This document shows positions 37,930-47,438 of a stretch of 64,000 nt of DNA, one piece after another. Positions within the stretch are counted from its first letter, which is position 1. The number at the start of each line of letters is the position of its first letter. The notes beneath the pieces were generated by a model, which was not told the DNA's origin, did not search any database, and saw only the letters and a list, made by a program, of their open reading frames with translations. Source of the DNA: Cenarchaeum sp. GTDB taxonomy: Archaea > Thermoproteota > Nitrososphaeria > Nitrososphaerales > Nitrosopumilaceae. The stretch is taken from NCBI GenBank assembly GCA_965212015.1, contig OZ243037.1, forward strand, positions 320,001 to 384,000, written 5' to 3'. A program made the translations under genes and the position numbers.

Positions 37930-38808
37930 ATGTTTTTACATTATTCACTATTGAGACAGCACTATAGACAGATAGAAAAGACGGCAAAGCCCTTTGTAAA
38001 ATGGGCCGGGGGGAAAAGGCAGCTGGTGCCGGCAATTGAGCCGTATTTCCCTCAAAAGTTTGGCGGCTATTTTGAACCGTTTTTGGGCGGCGGCGCGATC
38101 CTGTTTCACATCCTGTCCCAAAACCCGAATCAGAAATGCACCATCTCCGATCTCAACTCCGACCTGGTTTTGGCGTACGTCACCGTCAGGGACAGGGTGG
38201 AGGATCTAATAGACGCCCTCAAGGGCCATTCAAAAAAATACCTTGCCGACAAGTCATCCTACTATTACCGGGTCCGGGGAAAAGAGCCGACAGGCCAGAT
38301 CTCAAAGTGCTCCAGGCTGATCTTTCTTAATCATACGTGTTTTAATGGCCTGTACCGGGTAAACAGCAAAGGAAAATTCAACGTGCCGCTGGGCCGCTAT
38401 TCGAATCCCAACATAGTCAACGAGGACAACCTCCGGTCAGTAAGCAAAATCCTGCAGTCAAAAAACATCGATATCAGGTGCAGTGATTTCTCGGCAATTA
38501 CGGATGGCGCAAAAAAGGGCGATTTCGCATACTTTGATCCGCCGTACCAGCCGACAAGCCCGACTGCCGCATTTACCAGCTATACTAGCCGCGATTTCGG
38601 CATGGACGATCTGGACAGGCTGGCAGGCGTCTGCAGGGATTTGGACTCTAGGGGGTGCAAGGTGGTGCTCTCGCATTCCAAGACAAAGGAGGCCAGTGGC
38701 ATGTTTGGGAGGCCCTGGAAGATTCTCGAGATCAGGGCAAACCGCGCAATCAACTCAAACTCCAAGAAAAGGACGGGACACACAGAACTGCTGATCAGGA
38801 ATTTCTAA
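37930..38808 (+). CDS. Dam-like (D12 class) DNA adenine methyltransferase, orphan
   Basis: KPFVKWAGGK, EPFLGGGA, FNGLYRVN, DPPY. Confidence 0.93.
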   Translation: MFLHYSLLRQHYRQIEKTAKPFVKWAGGKRQLVPAIEPYFPQKFGGYFEPFLGGGAILFHILSQNPNQKCTISDLNSDLVLAYVTVRDRVEDLIDALKGHSKKYLADKSSYYYRVRGKEPTGQISKCSRLIFLNHTCFNGLYRVNSKGKFNVPLGRYSNPNIVNEDNLRSVSKILQSKNIDIRCSDFSAITDGAKKGDFAYFDPPYQPTSPTAAFTSYTSRDFGMDDLDRLAGVCRDLDSRGCKVVLSHSKTKEASGMFGRPWKILEIRANRAINSNSKKRTGHTELLIRNF

Positions 38809-38881
38809 GCTTCGAGCGGGATCCGAACCCGCGACCTTTACCTTACCAAGGTAACGCTCTACCAGGCTGAGCTATCGAAGC
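38808..38881 (-). tRNA. tRNA-Thr(GGT)
   Basis: GCTTCGATAGCTCAGCCTGGTAGAGCG TTACC TT GGT AA GGTAA AGGTCGCGGGTTCGGATCCCGCTCGAAGCT. Confidence 0.96.
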
Positions 38882-38973
38882 ATGGGAATCTGCCGTAGAA
38901 AATACTTATAATCCTTGGTTATGGATTCCGGGCCTCTAAACTGTTAAATTTCACGCAATCCTGATATGGCTGC

Positions 38974-39093
38974 GGAGGAGTAATCAAGCCTGGCCAAAGT
39001 AAGCAATTCTGCTTTTGGACATGCAGGACTTAAGATCATAAATGGGTGATCCTGTCTCTCAGGAGTTCGTGGGTTCAAATCCCACCTCCTCCA
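38974..39093 (+). tRNA. tRNA-Leu(TAA) with two introns (D-arm and anticodon loop)
   Basis: Acceptor stem GGAGGAG/CTCCTCC-A. Removing about 21 nt (taagcaattctgcttttggac) and 14 nt (atcataaatgggtg) yields D-stem ATC/GAT and anticodon arm CAGGA CT TAA GA TCCTG. Confidence 0.9.
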
Positions 39094-39099
39094 CAGGGA

Positions 39100-39486
39100 T
39101 TATTTTGAGTGCCTTATTCCCTTGGAGTTGAGAATCTCGTAAACGTCCGGAAGCGAAAAGACAAACCCCACATGGACGCAGTCCTTTTCATCACACAGCT
39201 GGCAGTACAGCTCCCCCTTTTGGATTGCCACTTCTGCGATCCGGTCTTTGATATTGTCCTTTAGTATGACCCTGTCTGCGTCCACTGAAATCTTTGCAAG
39301 CTTGGGGGCGTATCTTGCAAAAGTCTTGTCCTTTTGCATCATTTCTTCTAGCATGTATGTGACGTATCCCGAAAAGCTGCTGACGCCTTTCATCATTAGT
39401 TCGTCCTTGTTTTTGCTATAAACGTCGTGGAATTTCTCATAAACTGATTCTGACAGCGTGATTGACTTGAATCCGGCTTTTGGCAT
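39100..39486 (-). CDS. Conserved hypothetical protein (RHH-like N-terminus, Cys/His-rich C-terminus)
   Basis: FKSITLSESVYEK...LYCQLCDEKDCVH. Confidence 0.75.
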   Translation of the reverse strand: MPKAGFKSITLSESVYEKFHDVYSKNKDELMMKGVSSFSGYVTYMLEEMMQKDKTFARYAPKLAKISVDADRVILKDNIKDRIAEVAIQKGELYCQLCDEKDCVHVGFVFSLPDVYEILNSKGIRHSK

Positions 39487-39593
39487 TTCTCTTACCGTAC
39501 ATTATGGTACGACAGTATATAAAAATTTTTGATTATGTTATTACCCGCATTCTGGGAAACTAGGCTTATACGGTGGCAGGCAATAGCATAGGC

Positions 39594-40487
39594 ATGGCAA
39601 GGGGGTATCAGGCTGAGGTGATAAAACGGGGGGTTTTGGACATGCTTGCAGAGTCAAAAACCGGCATGTCAGGAGTCGAGATCTCTGAGAAGATCGGAGT
39701 CAGCCGCGTCACAATGGCAAAATATCTCAAAGTCTTTGCAGCAGAGAGGATCATCAGGCAAAAAAAGATGGGAGGCACGACGGTGTGGCATATGGAGGAG
39801 GGCACCGAGCAGTTCAGGTTTCCCGACGATTATTTCCTGGCGCAAAAGAGCTATCAGGACGCATTGAAGGAATACTCGGAAGGCCGTGTCTGCGCCATAA
39901 TCCGCAACTGCGTATATTCGGGCGCCAGGGCCTCAAGGATTGCAACGGAGGTAATAATGCCCGCAGTGGTCCAGATGGACAAGCTGTACAATGACGGAAA
40001 AATCGGCGATTCTGAAAAAAGCCTTTTGGATCACATTGCATCAAGCTCGATTCACCTGCTGAGCCAGGCCCCGTGCGATGCCGATCCAAAAAAGAACGCA
40101 GTCTTTATCGCGGCCGAATCCGACAGTGTACTGCTTTGCGAGGCGGCCTCGGCCTCGTTTAAAAACGAGGGATGGAACGTCTCGATGCTAGGCGACATGT
40201 CAAAGTCAGTAGACGTAATCTTTGATCTGGACTTGCAGAAATTCCTGGGCAGGGTGTGGAGGCAGAAACCCGGAATAATGGAAATAGTGGTGTTTTCAAG
40301 GACGGAGCAGGGCCTGAATTTTTTTGCAGAGTCTGTGAATTCGGCCAAGGAAAAGATTAACGGGGACATTATGCTGGTCCTTTGCGGAAAAATCGGCAAA
40401 AAGACCCAGATCAAGGCGGATCTGATATCTGACGATCTTGGCGTGATTTTACAGTGGTCCCAGACCACCTATGAGAGCACGGCATGA
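39594..40487 (+). CDS. wHTH transcriptional regulator with B12-binding-like C-terminal region
   Basis: MSGVEISEKIGVSRVTMAKYL HTH; cap domain and GWNVSMLG. Confidence 0.75.
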   Translation: MARGYQAEVIKRGVLDMLAESKTGMSGVEISEKIGVSRVTMAKYLKVFAAERIIRQKKMGGTTVWHMEEGTEQFRFPDDYFLAQKSYQDALKEYSEGRVCAIIRNCVYSGARASRIATEVIMPAVVQMDKLYNDGKIGDSEKSLLDHIASSSIHLLSQAPCDADPKKNAVFIAAESDSVLLCEAASASFKNEGWNVSMLGDMSKSVDVIFDLDLQKFLGRVWRQKPGIMEIVVFSRTEQGLNFFAESVNSAKEKINGDIMLVLCGKIGKKTQIKADLISDDLGVILQWSQTTYESTA

Positions 40488-40509
40488 ACAGGCGGCCACC
40501 GCAAAAATG

Positions 40510-40597
40510 TGGGCCGAGTGAGATTCGAACTCACGACCTTTCGATGTCTGAATCAGTTTATCAGTCGAACGCTCCAGCCAAGCTGAGCTACCGGCCC
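40510..40597 (-). tRNA. tRNA-Ile(GAT) with canonical 13-nt anticodon-loop intron
   Basis: GGGCCGGTAGCTCAG...TTCGA CT GAT A[aactgattcagac]A TCGAA...GTTCGAATCTCACTCGGCCCA. Confidence 0.94.
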
Positions 40598-40629
40598 CTG
40601 CAAAAATTCACGGTTGCAGTCATTTAAAT

Positions 40630-41184
40630 TTAATTTTCCGCCCATTTGATCGAACAGCCGATGGACGGCTCAAAATCCCTCTCGATTTTTCGTCCTTCCA
40701 GCAGCCCCGAAATGTTGGCAATCATGGTCTTTTCGGTGGCCGCATCCCCCGGTTTCATCGCGTCATCTATCCTTCCGTGGAACACCAGCCTTCCGGACCC
40801 GTCAAACAGGAACGGATCCGGGGTGCATACGGCCCCGTATTTTCTTGCGACATTCTGGGTCTCGTCAAACAGATAGTCAAATTTGATGCCCTTCTGGGAT
40901 GCCACGCTTTTCATGCTCTCAAAGCTGTCGTCGGGATACTTTGTGGCGTCGTTGCTGTTGATTCCGACGACTGCCACCCTGTCCTTGAATTTCTCGTGTA
41001 TCTCCTTTATGGCCCCGATTTTGGCCTTTACGTACGGGCAGTGGTTGCACATAAAGATCACCAGCAGGGCGTCATAGCCGTCATAGGCGCTCTTGGAGTG
41101 CCTTGCGCCATCGATTCCGGGCAGCTCAAAATCAGGCGCCTGATCGCCTGTCTGCAGCCTGATTTCTGACTCTAGCAGCACCAT
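40630..41184 (-). CDS. Thioredoxin-fold AhpC/TSA (PRX-like) protein
   Basis: APDFEL, CNHCPYV, AVCTPD, GRIDD, GCSIKW. Confidence 0.92.
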   Translation of the reverse strand: MVLLESEIRLQTGDQAPDFELPGIDGARHSKSAYDGYDALLVIFMCNHCPYVKAKIGAIKEIHEKFKDRVAVVGINSNDATKYPDDSFESMKSVASQKGIKFDYLFDETQNVARKYGAVCTPDPFLFDGSGRLVFHGRIDDAMKPGDAATEKTMIANISGLLEGRKIERDFEPSIGCSIKWAEN

Positions 41185-41264
41185 AAATGGGGGGGCCGCG
41201 GCGCAAATAAAATCCTTGCCAAAAGGCGAACAATTAAAATCGGCACGTGCCGCATTTTTTTCGT

Positions 41265-41338
41265 GGGCTGATAGTATAGCCTGGTAGTATACCCGCCTTG
41301 CACGCGGGGGGTCAGGGGTTCAAATCCCCTTCAGTCCA
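41265..41338 (+). tRNA. tRNA-Ala(TGC)
   Basis: GGGCTGATAGTATAGCCTGGTAGTATA CCCGC CT TGC AC GCGGG GGGTCAGGGGTTCAAATCCCCTTCAGTCCA. Confidence 0.96.
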
Positions 41339-42390
41339 CTCCACTGTAATGACTCATGCAGACGCCGGCTCGATCCGGCAACTGATACGGTTTTTTGAGT
41401 GATAGAGCTGCAGGAGGCAATAGGTTGGATTCAAGAGGGATGCCTGAATCAGGCACGGGCCTAGCCGCTTATTGCGGGGGGTAACAGGTTGGGTTCAAGA
41501 TGGATGTTTGGATCTACAGGCACCGGACCTAACCGGTTACCTTTGTATTGACCTAACATTTTTAAAGCACAAAAAATAATGTGTTGATCTGGTGAATAAA
41601 ATGGAAATAATCTATGACGGCGACGAAAAAATCGAAATTGCCTGTTCGTATGATACCATCGAGGAAGCACTAGCAGCGCTAAAATCAGACGAATGATATG
41701 AACAGCAAATCTATTTCTTTATCCAAGGATTTCAGGGGGCAATGTGGTGATAGAACAGAGAATCGTGAGCACATAGACAAGGCAATGAAAAAACTCGTCA
41801 AGACCATGGAATGCACCGCAACACGGTCTTTGGTTTAAGAAAAGTTTTTTATTAAAATCGAGGGATCTGGGGAAATAATACGCGTATTATCCACATCATC
41901 GTCCAAGATAATATTTCAAAGATTCGAATGGCACGTTTATTGCGGGCAATCATGCAACCCAGATTCCCCCCAAACTTGAGGATTGCTTTGTGTCCCATCT
42001 TGGTGGAAAATCCGACATGTTTGTGTGATTACCGCAATCGGATCGATCCGGATTCCACATACCAGGCAGACGCCGCTGCTTGTCCCAGTATATGGCGATT
42101 CGATTCCTAGGTGGAGGCTGCCGGCGGTTTGTCTGTGATGTGCAGGCCATACCTCATGTATTGGCCCTTTGGGACAGATTTGCCGCCATAACGGGGGGCA
42201 TTCTGGCACACACGGGACGTCAAAAAGGCCGAATCCCGCCGGACAGGCCCGATCAGGGCGTTTTAGGACAAAGGTGACAGGTGCGATCAGAATAGGGCAG
42301 GGCCAATGGCTGGCAGTCATATTTCCGCATATTACAATTGCGGGCAGTTACCGGATGGATTTAAATAGGATATGCTTGTGCCCATTAAAC

Positions 42391-42498
42391 ATGGCAAGTG
42401 CAGCAGATGGATGGCCGGTTTGGATTCCGTTAATCGTCGGATTGGCACCGGGACTAGTTTACTGGTTTGCAATCACGGCAATGAAGAAACGCCGCTAA
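42391..42498 (+). CDS. 35-aa single-TM peptide
   Basis: MASAADGWPVWIPLIVGLAPGLVYWFAITAMKKRR; TATA-like tttaaata about 25 bp upstream. Confidence 0.7.
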   Translation: MASAADGWPVWIPLIVGLAPGLVYWFAITAMKKRR

Positions 42499-42544
42499 AA
42501 ACTATACCGCTTACACACTTTTTCTTTACTATCCACTAGTCTAT

Positions 42545-42653
42545 GCGTATCAGGCTCCCGATCGCCGGGGTCAAAAACGGACATCAAACTGTGTGGTTTT
42601 ATCCACCCAAGCACAGGGCCCTCCGCTAATTGGGTAAAACGTGCTAAACCACC
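42545..42653 (-). ncRNA. Candidate H/ACA-like hairpin followed by a C/D-like segment
   Basis: GTGGTTT...ACCCAA...TTGGGT...AAACCAC-ACA, then TGATGT...CTGA. Confidence 0.35.
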
Positions 42654-42707
42654 TTGTTTATAATATGATATGAGACATGTGATTAACACCTGCTACAGTT
42701 AGACTGC

Positions 42708-43772
42708 ATGAAGAAAACCGCATCCGTGCTGCTTTTGACCCTGATGCTGTTTCCCCTCCAGGGGGGATTCTCACAGATTTACGATACCGGCTCCACGCTG
42801 GGGGTGGCCACTACCAGCTATAGCCCGTACACCTACGAGTCCGATGACGGCCACACCGTGATTACCGGCGAGATTGAAAACAAGCTGGACTTTCCAGTCA
42901 CTGGTGTGACCATATGGGGGGGATTCTATGACGGCGTGCGCGAATCCCCGCTTGAATCAGTCATAGGCTCCTCTGTTTTGGACGTCATTCCGGCAAAGGG
43001 CAAATCGCCATACAAGCTAGTCTCTACAAGCCCCAACCCCGAGATTACCAACGTGTCGGTTTTAGTGCAGGGATTCACATCCACTGGGGAAAAACTCCGG
43101 GAGCTCAGTCTTGCACAGAATTCGCTTGAAGTCACAGACAGGCTCGCATACGCGGGAACCATCACAAACAACGCCGGCACTGTATCCCAGCAGACCAAGG
43201 TCCACCTGGCAATGTATGACAGATTCGAGCCCCCAAGACTGCTGCGCATCATCACGCAGGAGCTAGAGGACATACCGCCCGGCGGCTCGTCGGGGTTTTC
43301 ATTCGATGAAACGCACATACAGCAGACAGTCCGGCTGGCAGTGTTTGCAGAATCAGACAACTCGCTCTCCAACATTCTGGATGCGAATGTTCCGGCCCCG
43401 GGTTTTCTCACAAAACAGGTAACGATAAACGACGTCTCGATTCACGACGCAGGCGGGGAAAAGATTTCGGACATTCCCGTAAACTCTAATGTCACAATAA
43501 AGGGCAACATCTGGATACAGGTGCTCACCGCAGACGAGCAGCTGGATCACGACTATGTGTACTATACACAGGTCAAGCAGTTTGGCAAAAACCCGGTAAT
43601 AGAGTACCTCGGCTCGTCGGCGGGGCATTTTGACAGGCCGGAGTCCCAGTCCCCCGAGGTAAGCTGGACGCCGGAAAACAAGGGCCTGTACTTTGTCGAG
43701 ACGTACGTGTGGGATTCGGACGGGATTCCGCTGGCGGCAAAGGGGCCAATCGTGCTTGTGGCGGTAAGCTAG
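42708..43772 (+). CDS. Secreted FxLYD-like domain protein
   Basis: Signal peptide; repeated G(E/T)I(E/T)N...FYD/MYD...IP(A/P)G modules. Confidence 0.8.
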   Translation: MKKTASVLLLTLMLFPLQGGFSQIYDTGSTLGVATTSYSPYTYESDDGHTVITGEIENKLDFPVTGVTIWGGFYDGVRESPLESVIGSSVLDVIPAKGKSPYKLVSTSPNPEITNVSVLVQGFTSTGEKLRELSLAQNSLEVTDRLAYAGTITNNAGTVSQQTKVHLAMYDRFEPPRLLRIITQELEDIPPGGSSGFSFDETHIQQTVRLAVFAESDNSLSNILDANVPAPGFLTKQVTINDVSIHDAGGEKISDIPVNSNVTIKGNIWIQVLTADEQLDHDYVYYTQVKQFGKNPVIEYLGSSAGHFDRPESQSPEVSWTPENKGLYFVETYVWDSDGIPLAAKGPIVLVAVS

Positions 43773-43780
43773 GATCCGGC

Positions 43781-44245
43781 GTGAAGCGGTTTGATCTAGT
43801 GGCAACTGGCGGCACCTTTGATGTCATCCACCGCGGCCACCTCGCGCTGCTTGCCGAATCGTTTGCCGTCTCAAGGATGGTAATAATAGGGCTGACCGGC
43901 GACGAGCTTGCCACAAAAAGGCGCAAAAAACCGCTCAACGGATATGCCGCAAGATCAAAGTCGCTTGAGGCAGTGATCAGAGAAAAATTCTCCGGCGCCA
44001 GATACAAAATAGTCCGGCTTGATGACGATTTCGGCCCCGCTGCCATCACGGGGGACATTGAGGCCCTAGTCGTAAGCCAGGAGACCAGCCGGCAGGGTGC
44101 CGCCCTCAACAGGCTCCGCAGGGACAGCGGCATGCCCAAAGTCAGCATCATTATTGTTCCAATGGTGCTAGCAGACGACGGCAGGAGGATATCCAGCTCC
44201 AGGATAAGGAGCTCCGAGATCGACCCGGAGGGCAATTTGCGGTGA
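43781..44245 (+). CDS. coaD: Phosphopantetheine adenylyltransferase (archaeal type)
   Basis: GGTFDVIHRGH, ALVVSQET, RISSSRIR. Confidence 0.92.
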   Translation: MKRFDLVATGGTFDVIHRGHLALLAESFAVSRMVIIGLTGDELATKRRKKPLNGYAARSKSLEAVIREKFSGARYKIVRLDDDFGPAAITGDIEALVVSQETSRQGAALNRLRRDSGMPKVSIIIVPMVLADDGRRISSSRIRSSEIDPEGNLR

Positions 44246-44309
44246 TTTGACAAGATGCTCGCCTATCTTTGAGCGACCCGGATAAAGTCAAAATCCCCGA
44301 GGGGCGTCT

Positions 44310-44639
44310 GTGACAGTCATAAGACACATGATGAAAAAACTGGATGACGACGTGCGAAACCTAAAGGACGGGCTTGATCCCAAGAACCTGGCCTTTTGGT
44401 ACGGGGAGATAATCAGGGACACAATCGAGATGGCCCCGCCGTGGCTGGAGGACAAGATCAAGGTGAGCCAGGATCCCATACTGCAGATGAAGTTCAACCT
44501 GGACATCTCAAAGCGCGCAGTCCGGTACTTTATGATGGCCGTGGACTGTAGGATCGGGCAGATGCCGTATTCCACCAGGCTTTACTTTCTCAAGGTCCAG
44601 CACATAATGGAGTCAGAAATGGACCGGTCACTTGTCTAG
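44310..44639 (+). CDS. Conserved hypothetical protein
   Basis: 109-aa ORF with host-like codon usage. Confidence 0.7.
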   Translation: MTVIRHMMKKLDDDVRNLKDGLDPKNLAFWYGEIIRDTIEMAPPWLEDKIKVSQDPILQMKFNLDISKRAVRYFMMAVDCRIGQMPYSTRLYFLKVQHIMESEMDRSLV

Positions 44640-44914
44640 GACTTTGTAATCTCGACTGTGCTGCCAGACGTGGCAGCGCCAGTTATGCCGTGCTCTTTTT
44701 CCAACACCGACTGCAAAAAGTCGGCTATCAGCTCTACGTTTGCGGCATCTTGCAGCACCACGCTGTGCGCCGACTTGTCCTTGAGCGCCACGACAAGCTC
44801 AGTCCCCACTATGTTCAGTATCTCCGTGATGAACGTCTCGCTGTCCCTGACAAAGATCAGGCTGGCCAGCTTTTGGGCCTCGTACTTGTCCTGGCAGGCA
44901 ATGCTGATTTTCAT
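44636..44914 (-). CDS. Conserved hypothetical protein
   Basis: 92-aa ORF overlapping the trpS stop. Confidence 0.7.
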   Translation of the reverse strand: MKISIACQDKYEAQKLASLIFVRDSETFITEILNIVGTELVVALKDKSAHSVVLQDAANVELIADFLQSVLEKEHGITGAATSGSTVEITKS

Positions 44915-46020
44915 GTCTCGAGGAGGAACCTGTCCATCATACCCCTTGCCTTTTCCCTGTTTTTCTGGTGTTCTGCAAGAAACGAGTTTATCTTTTCAAT
45001 CAGAATCGCCTTGAGCTCCCCGGTCAGCAGCGCGCCGGACTCGTAATCGGCGCGGATTTTTTCCAGCTTTGCGTCGTCTGGCTCAAAGAACATCCGCAGG
45101 TACTGGTACGACACGTCAATCTCGGGGTCTCCTCCCATCTTTTTGTGCTGCTCTACGTCGGACTGCCCCCCGGAAAACGCATACTTGTTGATCTTTTTTT
45201 TCACCGCCGCCGGACTGTCGGTGGTAAAGACGGTCCCGTTCTCGTCAGATGCGGACATTTTTCCGCCTGCGCCGTACAGCGTGGGGACCATGACGTTGTG
45301 AATGAGTGCGGGCTTTGTTTTGCCCATTTTCGGCGCAATGTCCCGGGTCAGCCTAAAGTGCGGATCCTGATCCACGCCGAGCGGAATCAGCACGGGCCGG
45401 TCCTCGATAAAGCACGGCGCGGACTGTAGCGACGTGTAAAAGATCATGCCCAGGTTGGTCTCGTTTGTAAAGCCAAACACCGCCTTTGTGTTCGAAAAGT
45501 TGAGCCGTTTTGCCACCTGTGCCGCCATCGGGTACAGAGTGGCAATGTCCCTTGTGTTTATGATTATCTTTGTCTTTTTTGGATCAAAGCCCAGCGCGAT
45601 AAAGTCAAGTGCGTTTTCGTACGCAAATCCCTCGGTCTCCTCCAGCGTGAGATCCTGCTTTGCAAAGAACTTTTCGTCGTCGGTGAGCTGAAAATACATG
45701 TTTGCGCCAAACTTGTCCTGGAGCCATTTTGCAAACACCCACGGAACCAGGTGGCCTATGTGGGTGTGCCCCGACGGGCCGCGCCCCGTATACATGAAAA
45801 AGCCCCCGCCGCCCTCGTGCGCATCGAGGATCATTCCAAGATCCCGGTGCGAGAAAAAAACGCCGCGCCTCAGCATAAAGTGATCCTCGCCTGTAATCTG
45901 CCTCATCCTCTCGCGCAGCCCCGCAGTTATCCGCTCGGTGCCAAACTGCCTGACTAGCTTGTCATAGTCAATCCTGCCCTCCACCTGCCAGGGGGTGACT
46001 GTGAAATCGTCTGCTGCCAT
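44911..46020 (-). CDS. trpS: Tryptophanyl-tRNA synthetase
   Basis: VTPWQVEG, YTGRGPS..HIGH, DQDPHFR, KMSAS; ATG at 46020 preferred. Confidence 0.97.
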   Translation of the reverse strand: MAADDFTVTPWQVEGRIDYDKLVRQFGTERITAGLRERMRQITGEDHFMLRRGVFFSHRDLGMILDAHEGGGGFFMYTGRGPSGHTHIGHLVPWVFAKWLQDKFGANMYFQLTDDEKFFAKQDLTLEETEGFAYENALDFIALGFDPKKTKIIINTRDIATLYPMAAQVAKRLNFSNTKAVFGFTNETNLGMIFYTSLQSAPCFIEDRPVLIPLGVDQDPHFRLTRDIAPKMGKTKPALIHNVMVPTLYGAGGKMSASDENGTVFTTDSPAAVKKKINKYAFSGGQSDVEQHKKMGGDPEIDVSYQYLRMFFEPDDAKLEKIRADYESGALLTGELKAILIEKINSFLAEHQKNREKARGMMDRFLLET

Positions 46021-46119
46021 ACGAGCCTGACTTGGGACGCACTTTAAAAAAGTCTTTACGCCCAAAATCTGGCCCGGCCTGCGGCAAGTTTTTGTAGCCG
46101 TGGCAGCAGCGTACGTACA

Positions 46120-46296
46120 ATGAAGATAAGTTGGGACGAGAATGTCTGCATCCATTCTGCAAAGTGCGTAAAGAGCCTTCCATCCGTGTTTGCAGTGCGT
46201 GACGGAAAATTCGTCATTACCCAGGACGGCGCGCCGCAGGATCAGATAAAAAACACAGTCGAGCAGTGTCCGTCCAAGGCGCTGAAAATCGACTAG
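46120..46296 (+). CDS. Divergent mono-cluster ferredoxin (YjdI/Fer4_19-like), absent from the ORF track
   Basis: Manual translation MKISWDENVCIHSAKCVKSLPSVF...CPSKALKID*. Confidence 0.85.
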   Translation: MKISWDENVCIHSAKCVKSLPSVFAVRDGKFVITQDGAPQDQIKNTVEQCPSKALKID

Positions 46297-46544
46297 CCCG
46301 GAATCGGGCATTTTTCCCTTTTTTGATCCGCAGGGCGGGCCCGGAAGGCCGGCCATACACCATTCCATACGCCATTCCATACAACAGACCAAACAGGTGC
46401 ATGCCAAATCCGGCAGGCGCAATGCGCATTGCCAGGGCAATCGGTTAGATCCGGCGCCTGCGGATCCAAACATCCCTCTTGGATCCAACCTGTTACTTGC
46501 CAGGCAACCAAAGATTAAAATGATTAAAAGCGGATGTATTTCAT

Positions 46545-46754
46545 ATGAACCTGCAGGCAGTAATCTGGAAAGAAGAAGACATGTACATCATCAAGGAAAC
46601 CCATACCGGAGTTACAACCCAGGGCAGCACCATAGAAATGGCAACAGAGAACATAAAAGAAGCAGTCCGCCTCTACCTTGAGGAGGTACCGGATGCAAAA
46701 AATGTCATCAAGGATATGGATGTGATCGGTACAATAAATGTCAAAATTTCCTAG
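46545..46754 (+). CDS. hicB: HicB-family antitoxin (short form)
   Basis: VIWKEEDMYI...GVTTQGSTIEMATENIKEAVRLYLE. Confidence 0.85.
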   Translation: MNLQAVIWKEEDMYIIKETHTGVTTQGSTIEMATENIKEAVRLYLEEVPDAKNVIKDMDVIGTINVKIS

Positions 46755-46951
46755 AATTTCAGGAGCTGAAATGATACGCGTGCTTGTAAAGGAGTTTGGA
46801 TTTAAAGCGGTGCGTCAAATTGCACAAGTTTGCAGAAGATAAAAAAACAGCCACTGTTGTGCCACTATATCGGGAGATCAAAGCCGGGACTGCTCTTGGT
46901 ATTTTAGCACTTTGATCCATTAAAAAAGAGGAATTTCTCAGCAAACTATAG
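46738..46951 (+). pseudogene. hicA: hicA toxin pseudogene
   Basis: MSKFPRISGAEMIRVLVKEFGFKAVRQ, then a frameshift removing GSH, then ...TATVVPLYREIKAGTALGILAL*SIKKEEFLSKL*. Confidence 0.85.
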
Positions 46952-47039
46952 ATGCGCAAAAAAATTCGCAAGTGACAAAATCCGATTTGGCCGTCGGGAA
47001 TTCTATCCAAAAGGCCGTCCGAGTCATACGAATTGCGCC

Positions 47040-47347
47040 CATAAGGGAACGATGTTTCTGCGTGCACTTGCCCGAGAAAAGCCGGAGACCCGCCGTCTTT
47101 GAGGAGCTCGTACCGATGGACAAGTCCGATAAACTCCGGATCGTGCCATCCGCAAACAAACGGCAAGATTGGACGGTTCTTTAGTATTGGGGAGATTTGC
47201 CACTATGACGGCGTTACGGCATGCATGGGGTATTATAACGAGGAGACTGCATTTCTTGCCGGACACGGAGGCCAGGCCCCGATGAGGGCGTTTTACCATA
47301 TGGGCGGCAGATGTGATCAGAGAACAGGGCCCAAATGGACGGGGTAG
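47040..47347 (+). pseudogene. IS481/IS3-type DDE transposase remnant
   Basis: HPQTNGKIGRFF...MGYYNEE integrase-core signature in a short broken ORF. Confidence 0.7.
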
Positions 47348-47438
47348 AGTCAAATGAGTGGCCGATATGATTTCCGTACACCACACATTACAGTCCCGCC
47401 TCATAGGGTTAAATAGCCTTTTGAGGAACTTTTTGCCG

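Noticed and set aside
37930-38808. Dam-like MTase as part of an RM system or mobile element
   Set aside because: There is no cognate nuclease, it has host-like composition and it lies among core genes; treated as an orphan housekeeping MTase.
46352-46385. Short ccatac/ccatt tandem repeat
   Set aside because: Only about 2.5 copies of a 12-bp unit; probably slippage, with no evidence of function.
46021-46488. Long N-terminal extension of trpS in the ORF track
   Set aside because: Homology starts at MAADDFTVTPW (46020), and the extension overlaps a real ferredoxin gene on the other strand.
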